From the human T2T-CHM13v2.0 reference genome, Homo sapiens: a stretch of 64,000 nt of DNA. The position numbers and the translations under genes were made by a program. Where the stretch lies: the NCBI RefSeq assembly GCF_009914755.1, contig NC_060937.1; one strand, given 5' to 3'. The notes beneath the pieces were generated by a model. It searched no databases, was not told where the DNA came from, and saw nothing but the letters and a program-made list of their open reading frames with translations. Of the stretch, positions 42,538-60,180 are shown in pieces; position 1 is the first letter of the stretch, and every line of letters starts with the position of its first letter.

Positions 42538-42968
42538 AAGACATAGTTTAAAGTGCATTCAGTAATACAAAAGTGGGATGATGACATGCCAAGCACTTTT
42601 TATTTTATTTGTCTCATGTTTATAACCACAAGCAGAATGTTGGTTGATGGCCTCTTTTGATGATTAAAATGAGAAGGCTGTAACAGAGATAAAAGACTTG
42701 TGCACATAGCTAAGTGCTGTTGGGATCATGTCTGTCAATCAAGATCATCTGGGGGGGCACAGGAAAAAAAAAGGAACCTTTAACGTCATTGGGATGGATT
42801 TAGAGAAAAATGTTAACAGCCAGCTTCGTTTTTCTCAACCTCGGTGTCATAGCAATAATTGTTTGTATGTGCTGAAACTCTTGTGAGTTAAAACAGCTCT
42901 CATGAGCAGCCACCTTATTTCAGCAGAAACCAGATAGTGTTGAGATTCATTTTTGAATGTTGTTGTGG

Positions 42969-43140
42969 ATTTTTCTTTTTTCTTTTTTTGAGACAGAGTC
43001 TTGCTTTGTCTTTCAGGCTAAGAGTGCAGTGGCACAATCATGGCTCACCATAGCCTGGATTTCCTGAGCTCAAGTGATCCTTGCACATCAGCCTCCTCAG
43101 TAGCTGGGACTACAGGTGTGCACCACCATGCCTAGCTAAT
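42969..43140 (-). mobile_element. AluJ right arm / FRAM
   Basis: Single diverged monomer, ends CCTAGCTAAT. Confidence 0.88.
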
Positions 43141-46079
43141 CACCTTCTGGAATTTTGAATGAATATTGCCTCCCTGCCCAGGAAGAACTGGAATGCTCAT
43201 GGATTGCTGGGGTGGACGCAGGCTCATGGGAATGGGGTTGAGGGGTGCTGGGTGGTCTGCACATGTGGCTTCAATGTTTGGGTTCAGTTTTATGTTTCTC
43301 TCCAAGAGTTTTAAAAGTAAGTTAAGACCCACTCAAAATGAGGCATGGCCATTGCAGTCAGTCTAAAATAAAGGAGGGAAATTGGAAATCATAAGCGTTT
43401 GTGTTCAGAGAAATAGGTCAGAGGTCTTAAAACGTCTGGCTATGCGAAACCCAAACAGCAACAATGAGATGCTTTGGGCCAAGCCCAGGCTCGGAACAAT
43501 CTGTGTCTGGAATGGTTCAGATTTTGTTCTCAGAATTTGTCTGTTTTTCGGCATTACCCCAAATACCAATACAATGTCAAAATAGAACCCAATTCTCCGA
43601 TTGGATGACCAAGGCTTCCTATAGGGAAGAAGGTAATTTTCCCCTTAAGAGTTTTAGCTGACTGATCCTTCATAGCACCTGACTCAGGTTACAAAATTCA
43701 TACAATCAAGATCTAAAAACAGATTTCTTTTCCATGTTACTTTTCCTTATCTAAGTGCTGCAACCCACTAAAAACAGCAATTTGTTAATTTTCTTAATAT
43801 CTTCCATTTTCCTCTTCACAACTCCATTTTACATCCATGATGCTTAGTTTTTTTCAGTGATGCCTTAAATTCTTACTGCTTGCTTCATTTGAATATTATG
43901 ACATTTAATGAAATCTTTCTCATCAGGTTGATGGATTTCTTTGTTCCTGTTTCTTGTCCCTTTCATAATATGTCATTTTGGAAAATTGGACTTTAATGTT
44001 TTCTAATTCTTCTTTTTAGCACTGTTTGCTATCTCATGTTTTTAGAATGATACTTTTACCACTTCTCACGTATTGCCAAAAAGAATCAATTAACATTTTC
44101 TCTAGATCTCATCTTGGAAATAAAAAGATAAATACATTCTTCCATGCTAAAAAATAGAACAGAAGATGGTCCTTGTGCTCATCCTGGTCAATTCAGTTTC
44201 TGGGTCTGTTGAGAGAAAATTAATGGACAAAAGAAGGCTATTAAAAAAAGAATATAAAGAATTACTTTTTAGAATTAATTAAGTAATGCAGGAGAACATC
44301 ATGTGGTAACTAGATTATTGAGAAATACTTTTTTTACTGACAGACTATATAAAACTCTGACACTTATAAGAATACTGTCTTTTCTGAATGGGAGGAAGCA
44401 CAAATGCTCTTGGATGCATTTGAACAGACTTGTACTTGTTATGCTCATATATAAATATCTGCTTGCAAATGTTCTCAAAAGTAATTATTAAAATATATGT
44501 TGAAAGAATGAGGGTCATGTTACATGAAATTCCAATATCTTCCTCTGTGATGACATCTCAAAGTCTTTAGAAAATTCTTTTGATTTAGAGTCTTTAGAAA
44601 ATGCTTTGCCTTATAGCAACTAACAAAGCCTTGGAATAAATGCTGAGATAAAACCAAACTGCTGCAAAGTAACAACATTAATGAGACACGGTCTGCTTAC
44701 TTTTTCCTCTGGAGTATCATTATTTTAATACTGGAATTTTCAAATCAATTTCTTTTTCGATTCCAAGCACCCAGAAGCTATAAAATCAGATATTAGCATT
44801 GGGGAAGATTTATTACAAAAGTTATATATTGAATTATCTATTCTAAGAGACCTGAAATAGTCAGATACTTCAGTGAAATTTTTGTACAATTATCTTGGAG
44901 ATTTTTTTGTTTGCTTGTTTGTTTTGTATAAAATCAACACTAACTATTTCATCTATTTAAATATGTTACAGTCTAGCAAAAACAGGCTTAGAAATCTTTC
45001 CATCATTAGTAAACACACATATCTACTTGAAAATCGTTAGTATCTATGAGATCTCCCACTCAAGTATTTTAAAGTAATATAGGACTAAATTGTCTTTGTG
45101 AAAAACTTAGACATTATGGATTAAGCTAGTGTTTCTCAGCCCTCCACTTTCAGTACTGGCTCTCTTCCTAGAGTTAACCAGTGTTATCAGTTCTTTGTAT
45201 ATGATTCCAGATCTTTTATTTCTTCTATGCATTTTCATCTATATCTGTATTTATATTTATAGCCATGTAACCATTTTGTTGGACACTATTGGCATAATGA
45301 CTAATGCTTACCCGCTTTACAGAAGCCATGAATATATTTAAGTACTAACATTCTTTATTGCCTCTAAAGTATAGAAAGTTACAAAATTTCAAAATAATGC
45401 TTAAAACTCTACCAAATTTAATATTAACAAATATAGCATTTATAAACAAGTCATTACATTTGAAAACAATGGGTAGGTTAGATTTTCCTTACTTCACAAA
45501 TGTTCCCAAGTGCAAATGATAATTACTGAAAAATTATAACTAATTACAAAATAAATAAGTTACTTGTAACTAAATCTTTTCAAAAGCAAAATTAGAAAAA
45601 TCTTTCCTAATATTTTTTACAACAAAAAATTTATATTTAATTTAGGAAAAAGGTCTCAAATTAGGTGGAGTAGTGTCTTCAAAATTTAAGATTTCTTAGA
45701 GCTTACAAATTTCTTAAAATAATCTTGTAGAACTATGTAACATTCTTCTGTGTATTTTTTTAAAACTTGCTCTACTCACTAAAATATCTAGAGATTTTTA
45801 ATGTGAGTAGACATATATCTAGCTTCTTGTTTTGCAACTGACTGCTAATATTTCATGGTGCTTTTGGAAAGTGAAAAATATGGAGTATGGCTATCAATGG
45901 AAATTAGTGGATAAAGTCGGTACTTAGGGACTATCAAACATAAGCCAAAGTTAAGAACTATGTCTGATTACAAATACAAGCCCTGAATAAAGAAGTGGAT
46001 ATCATAGCACCCAACAGGCAGCTTGGGGGAAAAACTGGTATGAAATATTAACTTGATCACTTTCTCTATCAGTACGTGT

Positions 46080-46715
46080 TGTTGAGATTCTAGAATATGC
46101 TCCTTATTGTGCTTGGTTTTGGGGGATAGTGCTATATAAAGTGAGTCCCCTCTTCATGGAGCTTACAGACTAGTGGGGAGGGCAGACACTGCACAACAAT
46201 GCACAAAATTTACTATCACAAGGAAAGTAGAGGGTGCTCTTACCCATTTAGGGGTTCAACAAGATCTCCTTGAGGAAGTAAAATGTAAGTTGGACTTGAT
46301 GGTTGAATAGGATTTTGCCTAACCACAGGGAGGTGTCAGTCTTGATTGAAGAGAAAATGTGGCATTACAAGTTGAGGGAATAGCATGTGGAAAGCCTTAG
46401 AAGCAAGAGGGGATTTGGCCTTATATATAAGATGACAAACAGGAGAAAATGGAGGCAGGAGAGCTGGGCAACTGTCAGAGTCTGGAAGGCTTTGAAAGCA
46501 GGTAGGGAGCTTGATTTTTCTTCTAAAGAGAATGGAAAGTCATTGCAGGGTTTTAAGCAGGGCTGTGGCATGACCAACTTGGCCTCTTAGAAAGAGAACT
46601 GGAGTGGCCATGTGAAGGACAGATTGGCAAGGAGTCAGCCTAGGAGCAGAAAGACCAATGTGGAGGTTGTTGCACTAATTCAGATGAAAAATGAAGACTC
46701 AGGGTAGAGTGATGG
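46080..46715 (-). mobile_element. L2 fragment
   Basis: CTTCATGGAGCTTACAGACTAGTGGGGAG...GGAAAGTCATTGCAGGGTTTTAAGCAGGG. Confidence 0.8.
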
Positions 46716-46957
46716 GGAGAATTCACTGACTCAAATTGCACAGCCTGCCAGCAGGGCACATCTGTGCCATCTCTTTTTGGCCTTGGTAGGTCCTGGATTA
46801 GAATAAAAGGTATGGCCCATCTGGCCCTCAGGTGACCCAACATTTGGATCGTGACACTACGTACCAGAGGCAGTCTCATGGTATGCGGGAAAGATGGGGA
46901 AGACTGGGTTCAATTACCCTTACAGAGCTTCCTGGTCACATTCCTTGGATTTTAGAA

Positions 46958-47150
46958 CAGGAGTCTGGTAACTTATAGCCTTTGGGCTTCCCATAGAAAG
47001 ATTTGTTTTGCCTACAGTGTTTTTCTTTTTAAAATGAGCTAATTATCAATATTTTAATATTGTGATATTTTATATCAAAAGCTAGATTTTCACTCTCTAG
47101 AAAAATCAGATCTGGTTACGCTGGATTTCCATTTCTACCTGGTAACATCC
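46958..47150. mobile_element. Possible hAT-Charlie MITE (MER102-like)
   Basis: TTTGTTTTGCCTACAGTGTTT...GATTTTCACTCTCTAGAAAAATCAGATCTGG. Confidence 0.4.
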
Positions 47151-47266
47151 TGACCATTTAGTTGAGGCCTATGCTCTTTCCTTTGCCACATTGCTCTCCA
47201 CTCTCTATTGCCTCCCTGGTTCTGGGTATCATTTACTAATCATGGTGCTTGTGATAGAGGTGCTTG

Positions 47267-48196
47267 TGATAGAGGCAGAGAAATTCTAGGCAGACAGAAG
47301 TGGGTCCTCAGTGAAACCCCACCTCCAACTGAAGACAGTTTAAAGACTGAAAGCCAACCTACAAGTTAAATCTTTGGACCCAGATTGAGATCTTGTCTTC
47401 CTGTTTGGCAAGCTTTCCTCTGATTGGTCCCCATCCTTCACCTATTTTACATATACATAAGTCTGGCAAAGTGAGAATCTAAACTCCGGAATGAATTTGA
47501 AGGTTTTGTTTAAGGGAGAAGATTTAAGAAAGTATCCTAGGTTGAGCACGTGCACCAAAGGCAGACTTACCCCACCTCTGAAAGATATTTTGGTACCCCA
47601 TGAAGGAAGGCAAGGTACTACCTGGTAATACTTTAAACCCTTTGTCATGCATTATTAGCCCTTTCATTCACAGGTTATAGAACCTTAGAACTGAAGGGAT
47701 CCTAGGGATCACTTACAGGAGGGATTATTGAGGCTTTTCCAATGACAGAGAGAGTAAAGGATTTTCCCAATGAGACAAAACAGTGCAGTGAAAACTGATG
47801 TTCCTAATTGGTTTTTCTACTTTGTTGTGCCCACCTTTGAGTGGTGCCTTTGCTTTAACTTTATTTGCATACTCACAAACCAATCAGCACACACTCCCCA
47901 TTCTGAGTCCATAAAAGGCCCCAGACCTGGCCACCAGGGGGATCTTTCTGGCCTTTGGGTAGGGGAACAATCCCTGCACCCCCAGCAACTGTGTTCCTGT
48001 CTCTGTTGAAAGCCATTTTCATCATTCGATAAAAATCTTCTCCATCCTCCTCATCTTTCAATGTCCCACATATCCTCATTCTTCATGGGCGCAATGCAAG
48101 AGCTCAGGAACCACTGAACACAGGGGAGCTGAGGCATACTAATGTGGCCAAGCAAGGCCTGGGAGGGGCATCACCAGCCAGGAGTCCCTGGCTTGT
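47267..48196 (+). mobile_element. ERV1 solo LTR (LTR1/LTR27/LTR28 group) interrupted by a foreign insert at 47458-47802
   Basis: TGATAGAGGCAGAGAAATTCTAGGCAGAC start; LTR resumes TTCCTAATTGG...CCAATCAGC...CCATAAAAGGCCCCAGAC; 3' end appears truncated. Confidence 0.8.
47458..47802. repeat. Local duplication of 48908-49236 (one direct piece plus one inverted piece)
   Basis: 47458-47563 is a direct copy of 49141-49236; 47562-47802 is the reverse complement of 48908-49148. Confidence 0.97.
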
Positions 48197-49273
48197 AATT
48201 CTCACACACAGCCTGGTTTTTCTCATTCATGTTCCCTGCTTGCATCTATAGGAGTTTACATTTTTGACCCCCTTTCTAGTGAATTTTCTTTAAAAACCCT
48301 GATTTGGCATTAAGTGACCTACTTTAAGCTAACAAGCACTAAGTCCCTCTCTTATAGACTTTACACTTAAACTAGAAAAAAAAGACACAAACATACATTT
48401 ATTCATTCAATATTTCTTGAGTACCTGCTATGTTCAAAGCATGTGCTAGACACTAGGATACAAAGATACATAAAGGAATCCCAGCCATTGCCCTCATGAT
48501 TTTTACAGTCCAATTATAATATAATAATTAAATTATTATTAAAATAATAATAGCAATATATAATAATATAATCACAGGCAAATTCACATATAAAAAGGTA
48601 AAGGTTTGCTCTGAGAAAGTAAATGGTTACTATAAGAAAGTGGAAGTAGAAGCCTTAATTTACATCAAACAACCAAGAAAGCTTTCCAAAATGCAGCACT
48701 TGCTCGCTGCTCTTGGAGTGGGTAGACAATGTGATGCTCTGAAGTATGTCTATCCTTCTGAACTGGGAGATGTCACACAAGAGTTACATGGAATACATGG
48801 TTTATGAGATTCAGATTTAACTCTGAACTGTCAGGAACATAAGTGAACTGCCCTTGAGGACTGTGAATCATCTCCTGATATCATTGAGCATCAAGACTGT
48901 CTACAGAAACATCAGTTTTCACTGCACTGTTTTGTCTCATTGGGAAAATCATTTACTCTCTCTGTCATTGGAAAAGCCTCAATAATCCCTTCTGTAAGTG
49001 ATCCCTAGGATCCCTTCAGTTCTAAAGTCCTATAACCTGTGAATGAAAGGGCTAATAATGCATGACAAAGGGTTTAAAGTATTACCAGGTAGTACCTTGC
49101 CTTCCTTCATGGGGTACCAAAATATCTTTCACAGGTGGGGTAAGTCTGGTAAAGTGAGATTCTAAACTCCGGAAGGTTTTGTTTAAGGGAGAATATTTAA
49201 GAAAGTATCCTAGGTTGAGCATGTGCACCAAAGGCAAAGATATAAAATATGGGCCATGAAAATAAAGGAGTAA

Positions 49274-49692
<419 letters not shown>

Positions 49693-52494
49693 CTAGAGAA
49701 TTTAGTCTTGACCTGATAAGAAGGATCAAAGTGGTGTTTTAAGAAGATTATTCGAGCAGTTCTGCACAACAGGCAACTGCTTTCCCATCACCACCCTCAA
49801 TGGCACTGACTAACAGTTTTCAAAGCCACCTACCTAACATTTTGGGTAGAGACTCTTGAGTTCCTATACAACAAAGGCTAAGCTTTTGGGTCTTAAAGGA
49901 ATGACTCACGGCCTAAAGTCCGTTGGACTGTGATAAATAAACCTCGGATTGAAATGACATTATGAATACAAACAACTTTACACTTAGATTTTTCTTTTTT
50001 AGCCAATGGCTGAAAAATTTTTCATCAATCACCAGTCTGAATCAATCCTAGGTAATTTGCCATTATTAATCTCTTTTCTCCTCCTCCTTGGCTTGGCAAA
50101 CACAAAGTCTGTCAACCAAAGTAAGAGAAAAAGGGAGCAGGGTGAACTGCTTTTCAAGCTCTCTGACTTACAATATGATCGTTCTGGTTATTTGCAAATG
50201 GCAGGCAGAGCTTCATTTTCCTGGATCCTTTGCTTTGAGAAGTTTGAGATTTGAGTTTTCTAAAGTCTCTCACCTATTTTAAAAGTAAAAAATGAAAAAT
50301 AGTGCCCAACGATGCCTATACTATGCCATCAGAGTAGAATTAGAGTCATAAGTGGCCAAAGATTTCCACATTAATATTATTTAAAACCCAAGAATAAAGC
50401 CAACTGCCTGCCAAGATCCCTGACCATATCGCCAGAAGTTCCAAAGCACTAACCTGGACTATCGTGGCTTTTTTCAACTTAGTTTTATTATTTTATGTCT
50501 TCTAAATTTGAAAATTATTAACTCAGCAGGATACTAGCCATCAGAAGCAAACTTTAAACTCAATTTAGAAATTCCTTGGAAAAAAAAATACTAGGAGTAT
50601 GTATCGTAGACCTCATTTTGAGAAATTTCCTTACAGGCTTTCCTTGTTTATCTTAAAGAATGAATTAAATCCCATCCCAACTTTGCAGATAGTCCAGAGG
50701 TAAAATGCATGTCACTGTAGGTTTCAAAGAACTTGTGGAGATTTTTGGTGGGGAAATGGAAGAAAAATGACAGACACCTTATATATCTAAATTATTTAGA
50801 GCCATTGTTTTGATACTTTGAAAACTTTTTTAGTGTAGGTGATGCAAAGTCAATCATAGTTTATCAGGTTTAAAGTTGGGGTAGTTGCTTTAAGCAAAAA
50901 TGCTGTGTGCCTCTGAAAAATAAAGAAGCAAGGCATTAAAACACTATGACAGACAAGCTGGGCTTTATCACACATCACCTCCCATATTAGAGGTGTGCCC
51001 CAGTTGCTACAGGCCACATCTGCCAGCTTGTTAAGCAGCTGTGGATAAGGGTTTGCTCTATGCAGCAAGAAATTTTGTAAATAAACTTATATTTTAAATG
51101 TAACAAGAGAGATCCTAAAGAATTCTACCCTTTAATCTACTCTCTATATCATGTCTAAAATAATCTTTTTTTTTTTGTTTTTTTTAAGCCCTACAAATCA
51201 GAGCATGTGACTATTCTCTTGCTAAGAATGTTCAGTGGTTTCCTATTGCTTACCCTTAATCTCTTGTCTCCAGAAACTTCAATTTTCCTGCTCCAATTAT
51301 AACAGTAACAACAACAAACTTCTTGGTCTGGTGACATAAAGTAAGAATTACTGCTAATCACACATGAGTCCTTTGGTAATTATATCTAAGTAGTCTTCTA
51401 GATTGAAATACCATGAATGCAGAGGAAACCATGGCAACACATTGATTTTTTTTTTTTTTTTAGCACTCTCTTACTGTTATGTTTTGTCATCCTTGAGGGA
51501 AGCTATCCCTTTTTATCTGGTGAACTTGTTCATTTCCACTTAAAGTATCACCTTTTTTGGGGTAAACTTGTCCAATACCTGCAGCAGTTAACTGTCCTAA
51601 CCTTAATCCTAAAGCATTTGCATGTCCTTCTATTATAACAACTGGGTTTGATTATAATTATGCCAGAACAGCGTGGTCTCCTCCAGCATACTCGGAGATC
51701 TGAGAGGGCAGTGAATCCTGTTTTATACAGCTTTGTGTCTACAGTGCCTGAAATACAGACAGCACTTAAATGTCTCTTAAAAACATGACTTTATAAAACA
51801 ATGATAAATCCTTTTATAAGAGCTCTTTTTGTGATATAAAGAACCGTACACCAATCAATTTAGTTAAGAGTCTGAATATCTGCCTGTTAGGTTTTCGTGA
51901 GTTGGGGTGCAACAATATGCCGTGTAGCTTCAGAGAGAACAATAGGAAAATTATCGCAGACAGATATTTCCATGCCTGATACAGTGACTTGTCCACCAGA
52001 ATGTCACAATAGACTAAGGAAATTGGTGGAAAGGAAAACAAAAATCCCATGCTTCAATCTATTTTGTGATTAATTTTCAACCTCGGTTTTTTTAACGGAC
52101 TGGAAAAGGGTTAATGACATTGTCTGGTTGAAGCTTCCTCGCCCTATCCCTAGAGGAGTTTCCATTATATACAACAATATTCAGAAGGCTGGAGGTATTT
52201 GGGGGAAGGAAGTCATTGATTAGCTGTGTTAGCATTTTGGCTGTCAATATCTTTGCATCTCCTCTTCAGCAATTCGGATTTAAAAGACACCTGCTAGACA
52301 CACCTCAAAATTCCCTCCCTCCAGAAAGCCTCCTTTGGTCCCCCTCTCAACATATAAGCTCCCAAACAAAAATTTCTTACTTTTTTGTAAACATTTTTAA
52401 GCATTTCATGTCTGTTCAGGATTCCTAATGATAATGAAATCTTCCTCAGGGAAAAATGTACGTGTTCCATTTCTTTAATATCCTCTTTCCACAA

Positions 52495-54367
<1,873 letters not shown>

Positions 54368-54644
54368 TACCCAAAAGCAACAAGCACACACTTCACGTCA
54401 TGTTGACAAATTAAATATTTACTTCTACAGGAAATCTTTACCATGTTGTCAACTGTCTCCTCATCCTCTACCCTCCCAACAAAATGATATATGGATGGTA
54501 TTTAATTTAGATGACTTGGTTCTTTCCTTCCCTTCTTTATTTTGTTTTATTTAGAAAATGTTGTAGCACCTCTTAAAATTAATTGGGAGTCCCAAATTAC
54601 TACAGATAAAATCTTATGATGCTACATCTCAAAACAAGAATAGA

Positions 54645-54845
54645 ATCAGTGTTGTGGTAATTCTGATCACTTGAGTTTTAGTCCTGGCTCTGCCCTGATA
54701 GGCATTACTTTGGGTTAATCCTGATGTTACTTTGCATCATTGTTTTAGTTTCCTAATATGTAAAATAAGAAGAATAAATAATACCCTGTCACTGTCATCG
54801 AATTGGTGTAAAGATTATTTGGATAGGATGGAAACACACTTTGGA
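54645..54845 (+). mobile_element. MIR SINE
   Basis: AGTCCTGGCTCTGCC...TTAGTTTCCTAATATGTAAAATAAG. Confidence 0.6.
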
Positions 54846-54910
54846 AAGAACAAGCCACTACTTTTGAGTGTCCTCACTTCCTTCCACCTGTTATCCAGGA
54901 CATACACACT

Positions 54911-55079
54911 GAGGGGTGTGCTGGTAAAGACTCCAATCTGTAGCAGCTGCCAATTTCTGTGGTGTAAATACTCCCACTGTGGTTTATTTCAAGCCATCAA
55001 TAATTTAGCATCCAGCTTCCAAAATTCTTGAATATTGAACAATTGGGTCTTGATACAGGCTGGCTTCAGCACACTCCTG
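54911..55079 (-). mobile_element. MER63A-like (hAT) MITE
   Basis: Termini GGGGTGTGCTGGTAAA / CAGCACACTCCTG; internal TGTGGTGTAAATACTCCCAC. Confidence 0.75.
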
Positions 55080-56380
55080 CACATACCTCAGACTCTGAGG
55101 TCATATAATAGATTATTGTAAAATAACATAATAAAATAGCAAACCAGCCATTTCCAATGTGACAAAGTGAAGATTACTCCTAACTCTCATATAAGTCCTT
55201 CCATCGTTATATCTTAGTGGTGTTCTGGGTTTGGATACCATGAATGCAGGGAACACACAGCAACACATCAATTTTTAAAAATACTTGCTTACCTAGTCTA
55301 TGACTGCTAACAAAATAAGATTTACTGTGGCCACCCAGTTAGAACGAAGTGGCTGTAACAATCTCTTCTGAGCTCGTTATCTTATGTCTTAAGTGAGGAA
55401 AAAGTAGTAATAATCATCACTACAGTTAATGTTTAATGAATGCTACTCATCTTTTCCTCACAGCCACCTTGTGTGACATGTAATTATTATTGCCCATGTT
55501 ACATGGCAGGAAAGTGAAGTTTAAGTGCACAGGAGGCAGAGGGAGGAGCAGAAATGCAATCGGAGGCAGCTTGGTGTCAGCCAAGGCTCTCCACCAGCTC
55601 CCTTTTCCCTGTGAACTATCTTCAGCATAATGCTTGTGTTAAGTTTCTTAACCTATTCTACCAATAGGAATAACTATTTGCATTTATCACAATGCAGTCA
55701 TGTTCACTTTCCACACTCTTGACTTTACAGCAGGAAGCCTTCTTGAAAAATCCTGCTTATTAAAATGGGAGCTAGTTGGTTTCTATTAATGGCTCAGATA
55801 TTCATCTAATTATTTGATTTTAATTTAGGCTATTTTTTCCATATGGTAATTGTAGATTCCCCTGCACTGGATATGTAACAGGGTAGAATGTTTGCTCCAA
55901 AATGGTTGAAATAAGTGGTGTAATATAACTTCATTGTATAAACTCTTCTTATTTCTTTACTATCAATTCAAGCCCCTAACTCTACACAAAGTTCTCTTTT
56001 GGACTTCGACTTTTATATTATTTTGAATATCCTACAAATAGAACTTTATATTTGCTCTCTAAACACACCAAGAACAAGAGAAGAATAAAGTCTAACACTG
56101 AGTGCCCATTACATTGGGAAGGAGTGTCAGTTGTGTGAATTTGGGAGAAAGGTCTGTTTTTTTCAATGAATGATGGCTTGCAGAGGAGAGGTACAGCGGA
56201 GATTGGGTTGGAGGTTATGTTTATAGCAAAGCAAAAGCCATGAGAGTCTAAACTGCAGTTCAGTTCTCCCAAGGAAACAGCTGAGAAAAAGGGCATAAAC
56301 AGACTACATTCAGATAGGTTTCAGTGTATTAAGTGCTGTAGAGGAGAAATTCTGTTGTACAGAACTCTTTATTGTTATGA

Positions 56381-56790
<410 letters not shown>

Positions 56791-57307
56791 CCATCTTTTT
56801 TTATTATGGAAGGCTTCCCCAAGCTTCTTTGTCAGTGCACACCAGTGAAGATGTTTTCCTGTCTGCATTTCCTGGCTGTATAGGTAAAGCATGCTGCCTG
56901 GATCCTCTCTGCAAGTAGCAATAGTTTATAAAAAGCTTAGTGTGACCTATCAAGAGTTTGCACTGCACAAACAAGCATAGCAGGGTTATAGTCTACTGGT
57001 ATTTTAAGAAATGAGTCTTCTAGAAAATGATTTCCACTCCCTTTCCCTCTTTCTCCTTTTTAACAATCCCATTTCAGAATTGTAAAATCCTTTAAATTAT
57101 TTTTGAATGTAAATAATGGTAAAAATAATCAATAAATACTCAATCCATTCTAGGCTATAAAACTTTTCTCTCTTGATTTAGGCTTCTCTGTATTCCAGAA
57201 ATAATTGATTCATTGCAAGTGCTAAGTGAACAATGAAAGTGAGAAGTAATGAGAAGTATGGTTCCGTTTGGTACAAAGACAATTTCAGTGGAACTTCAGC
57301 TAGAATT

Positions 57308-57309
<2 letters not shown>

Positions 57310-57348
<39 letters not shown>

Positions 57349-57500
57349 TTTGAGGCAGGGTCTCATTCTGTCGCCCATGCTGGAGTATAGTGGCCAATCT
57401 TGGATCACTGCAACCTCTGCCTCCTGGGTCCAAGCAATTCTCATGCCTCGGCCTCCTGAGTAGCCGGGATTACAGGCGTGCACCACCATGCCTGGCTAAT
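57310..57500 (-). mobile_element. 5'-truncated Alu (right arm) with (TTTA)n tail
   Basis: TSD TTCAGCTAGAATTAA on both sides. Confidence 0.92.
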
Positions 57501-57579
57501 TCAGCTAGAATTAAAGTTGTACATTATGGAACTACATAAATGAGGAGAAGCTTTAAAGTATTTCCACTAAGAGGAGAGG

Positions 57580-59570
<1,991 letters not shown>

Positions 59571-59571
59571 T

Positions 59572-60180
59572 TAAACAGCTTTACTGAGGTACAATTTATA
59601 TATTATAACTTTCACCCTATGTAAGTGTGCAATTCAGTGATCTTTGGTAAATTTAGAGTTGTTCAGCCACCACTACAATCTAGTTGCATAATATGTCCAT
59701 CACCTCAAGAAGGTCCTTGTGCCCATTTATAGTCAACTTCCATTTACAGTCAATTTCCATTCTCATGCTCATCCTCAGTCAACAACTAATCTGCTTTCTA
59801 TCTATACAGATTTGTATTGCAGTCTTTTGCACCAGGTTTCTTTCACTAGCATGTTTTTGAGATTAATCCATTTTGTGGCAAGTATTAGTAGTTGATTTCG
59901 TTTTTATTGCTTAATAGTATTCCATTGTGTGGATATACTACATTTTGTTTATTCATTCATCAGTTGATGGGTATTTGAGTTGTTTTCAGTATTTGGCTGT
60001 TATGAATAATTCTGTACAAACAATTTATGTTGAGTGGACTTAAGTTTTCATTTGTTTTAAGTAGATATCTAGGAGTAAAATTGCTGGGTCATATGGAAAG
60101 TTTATGTTGAACATTTTAAGAAACTGTCAAACCGCTTTCCAAAGCCACTCCCTGATTTTTACCTTTTTACCAGCGATGTA
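59572..60180 (-). mobile_element. L1MB/ME 3' end
   Basis: ACAGCTTTACTGAGGTACAATT...TAGTATTCCATTGTGTGGATATAC...TTGCTGGGTCATATGG. Confidence 0.85.

Noticed and set aside
47458-47802. Processed pseudogene explanation for the insert
   Set aside because: No poly(A), no TSD, no removed intron and no coding homology; the donor is contiguous DNA 1.1 kb away
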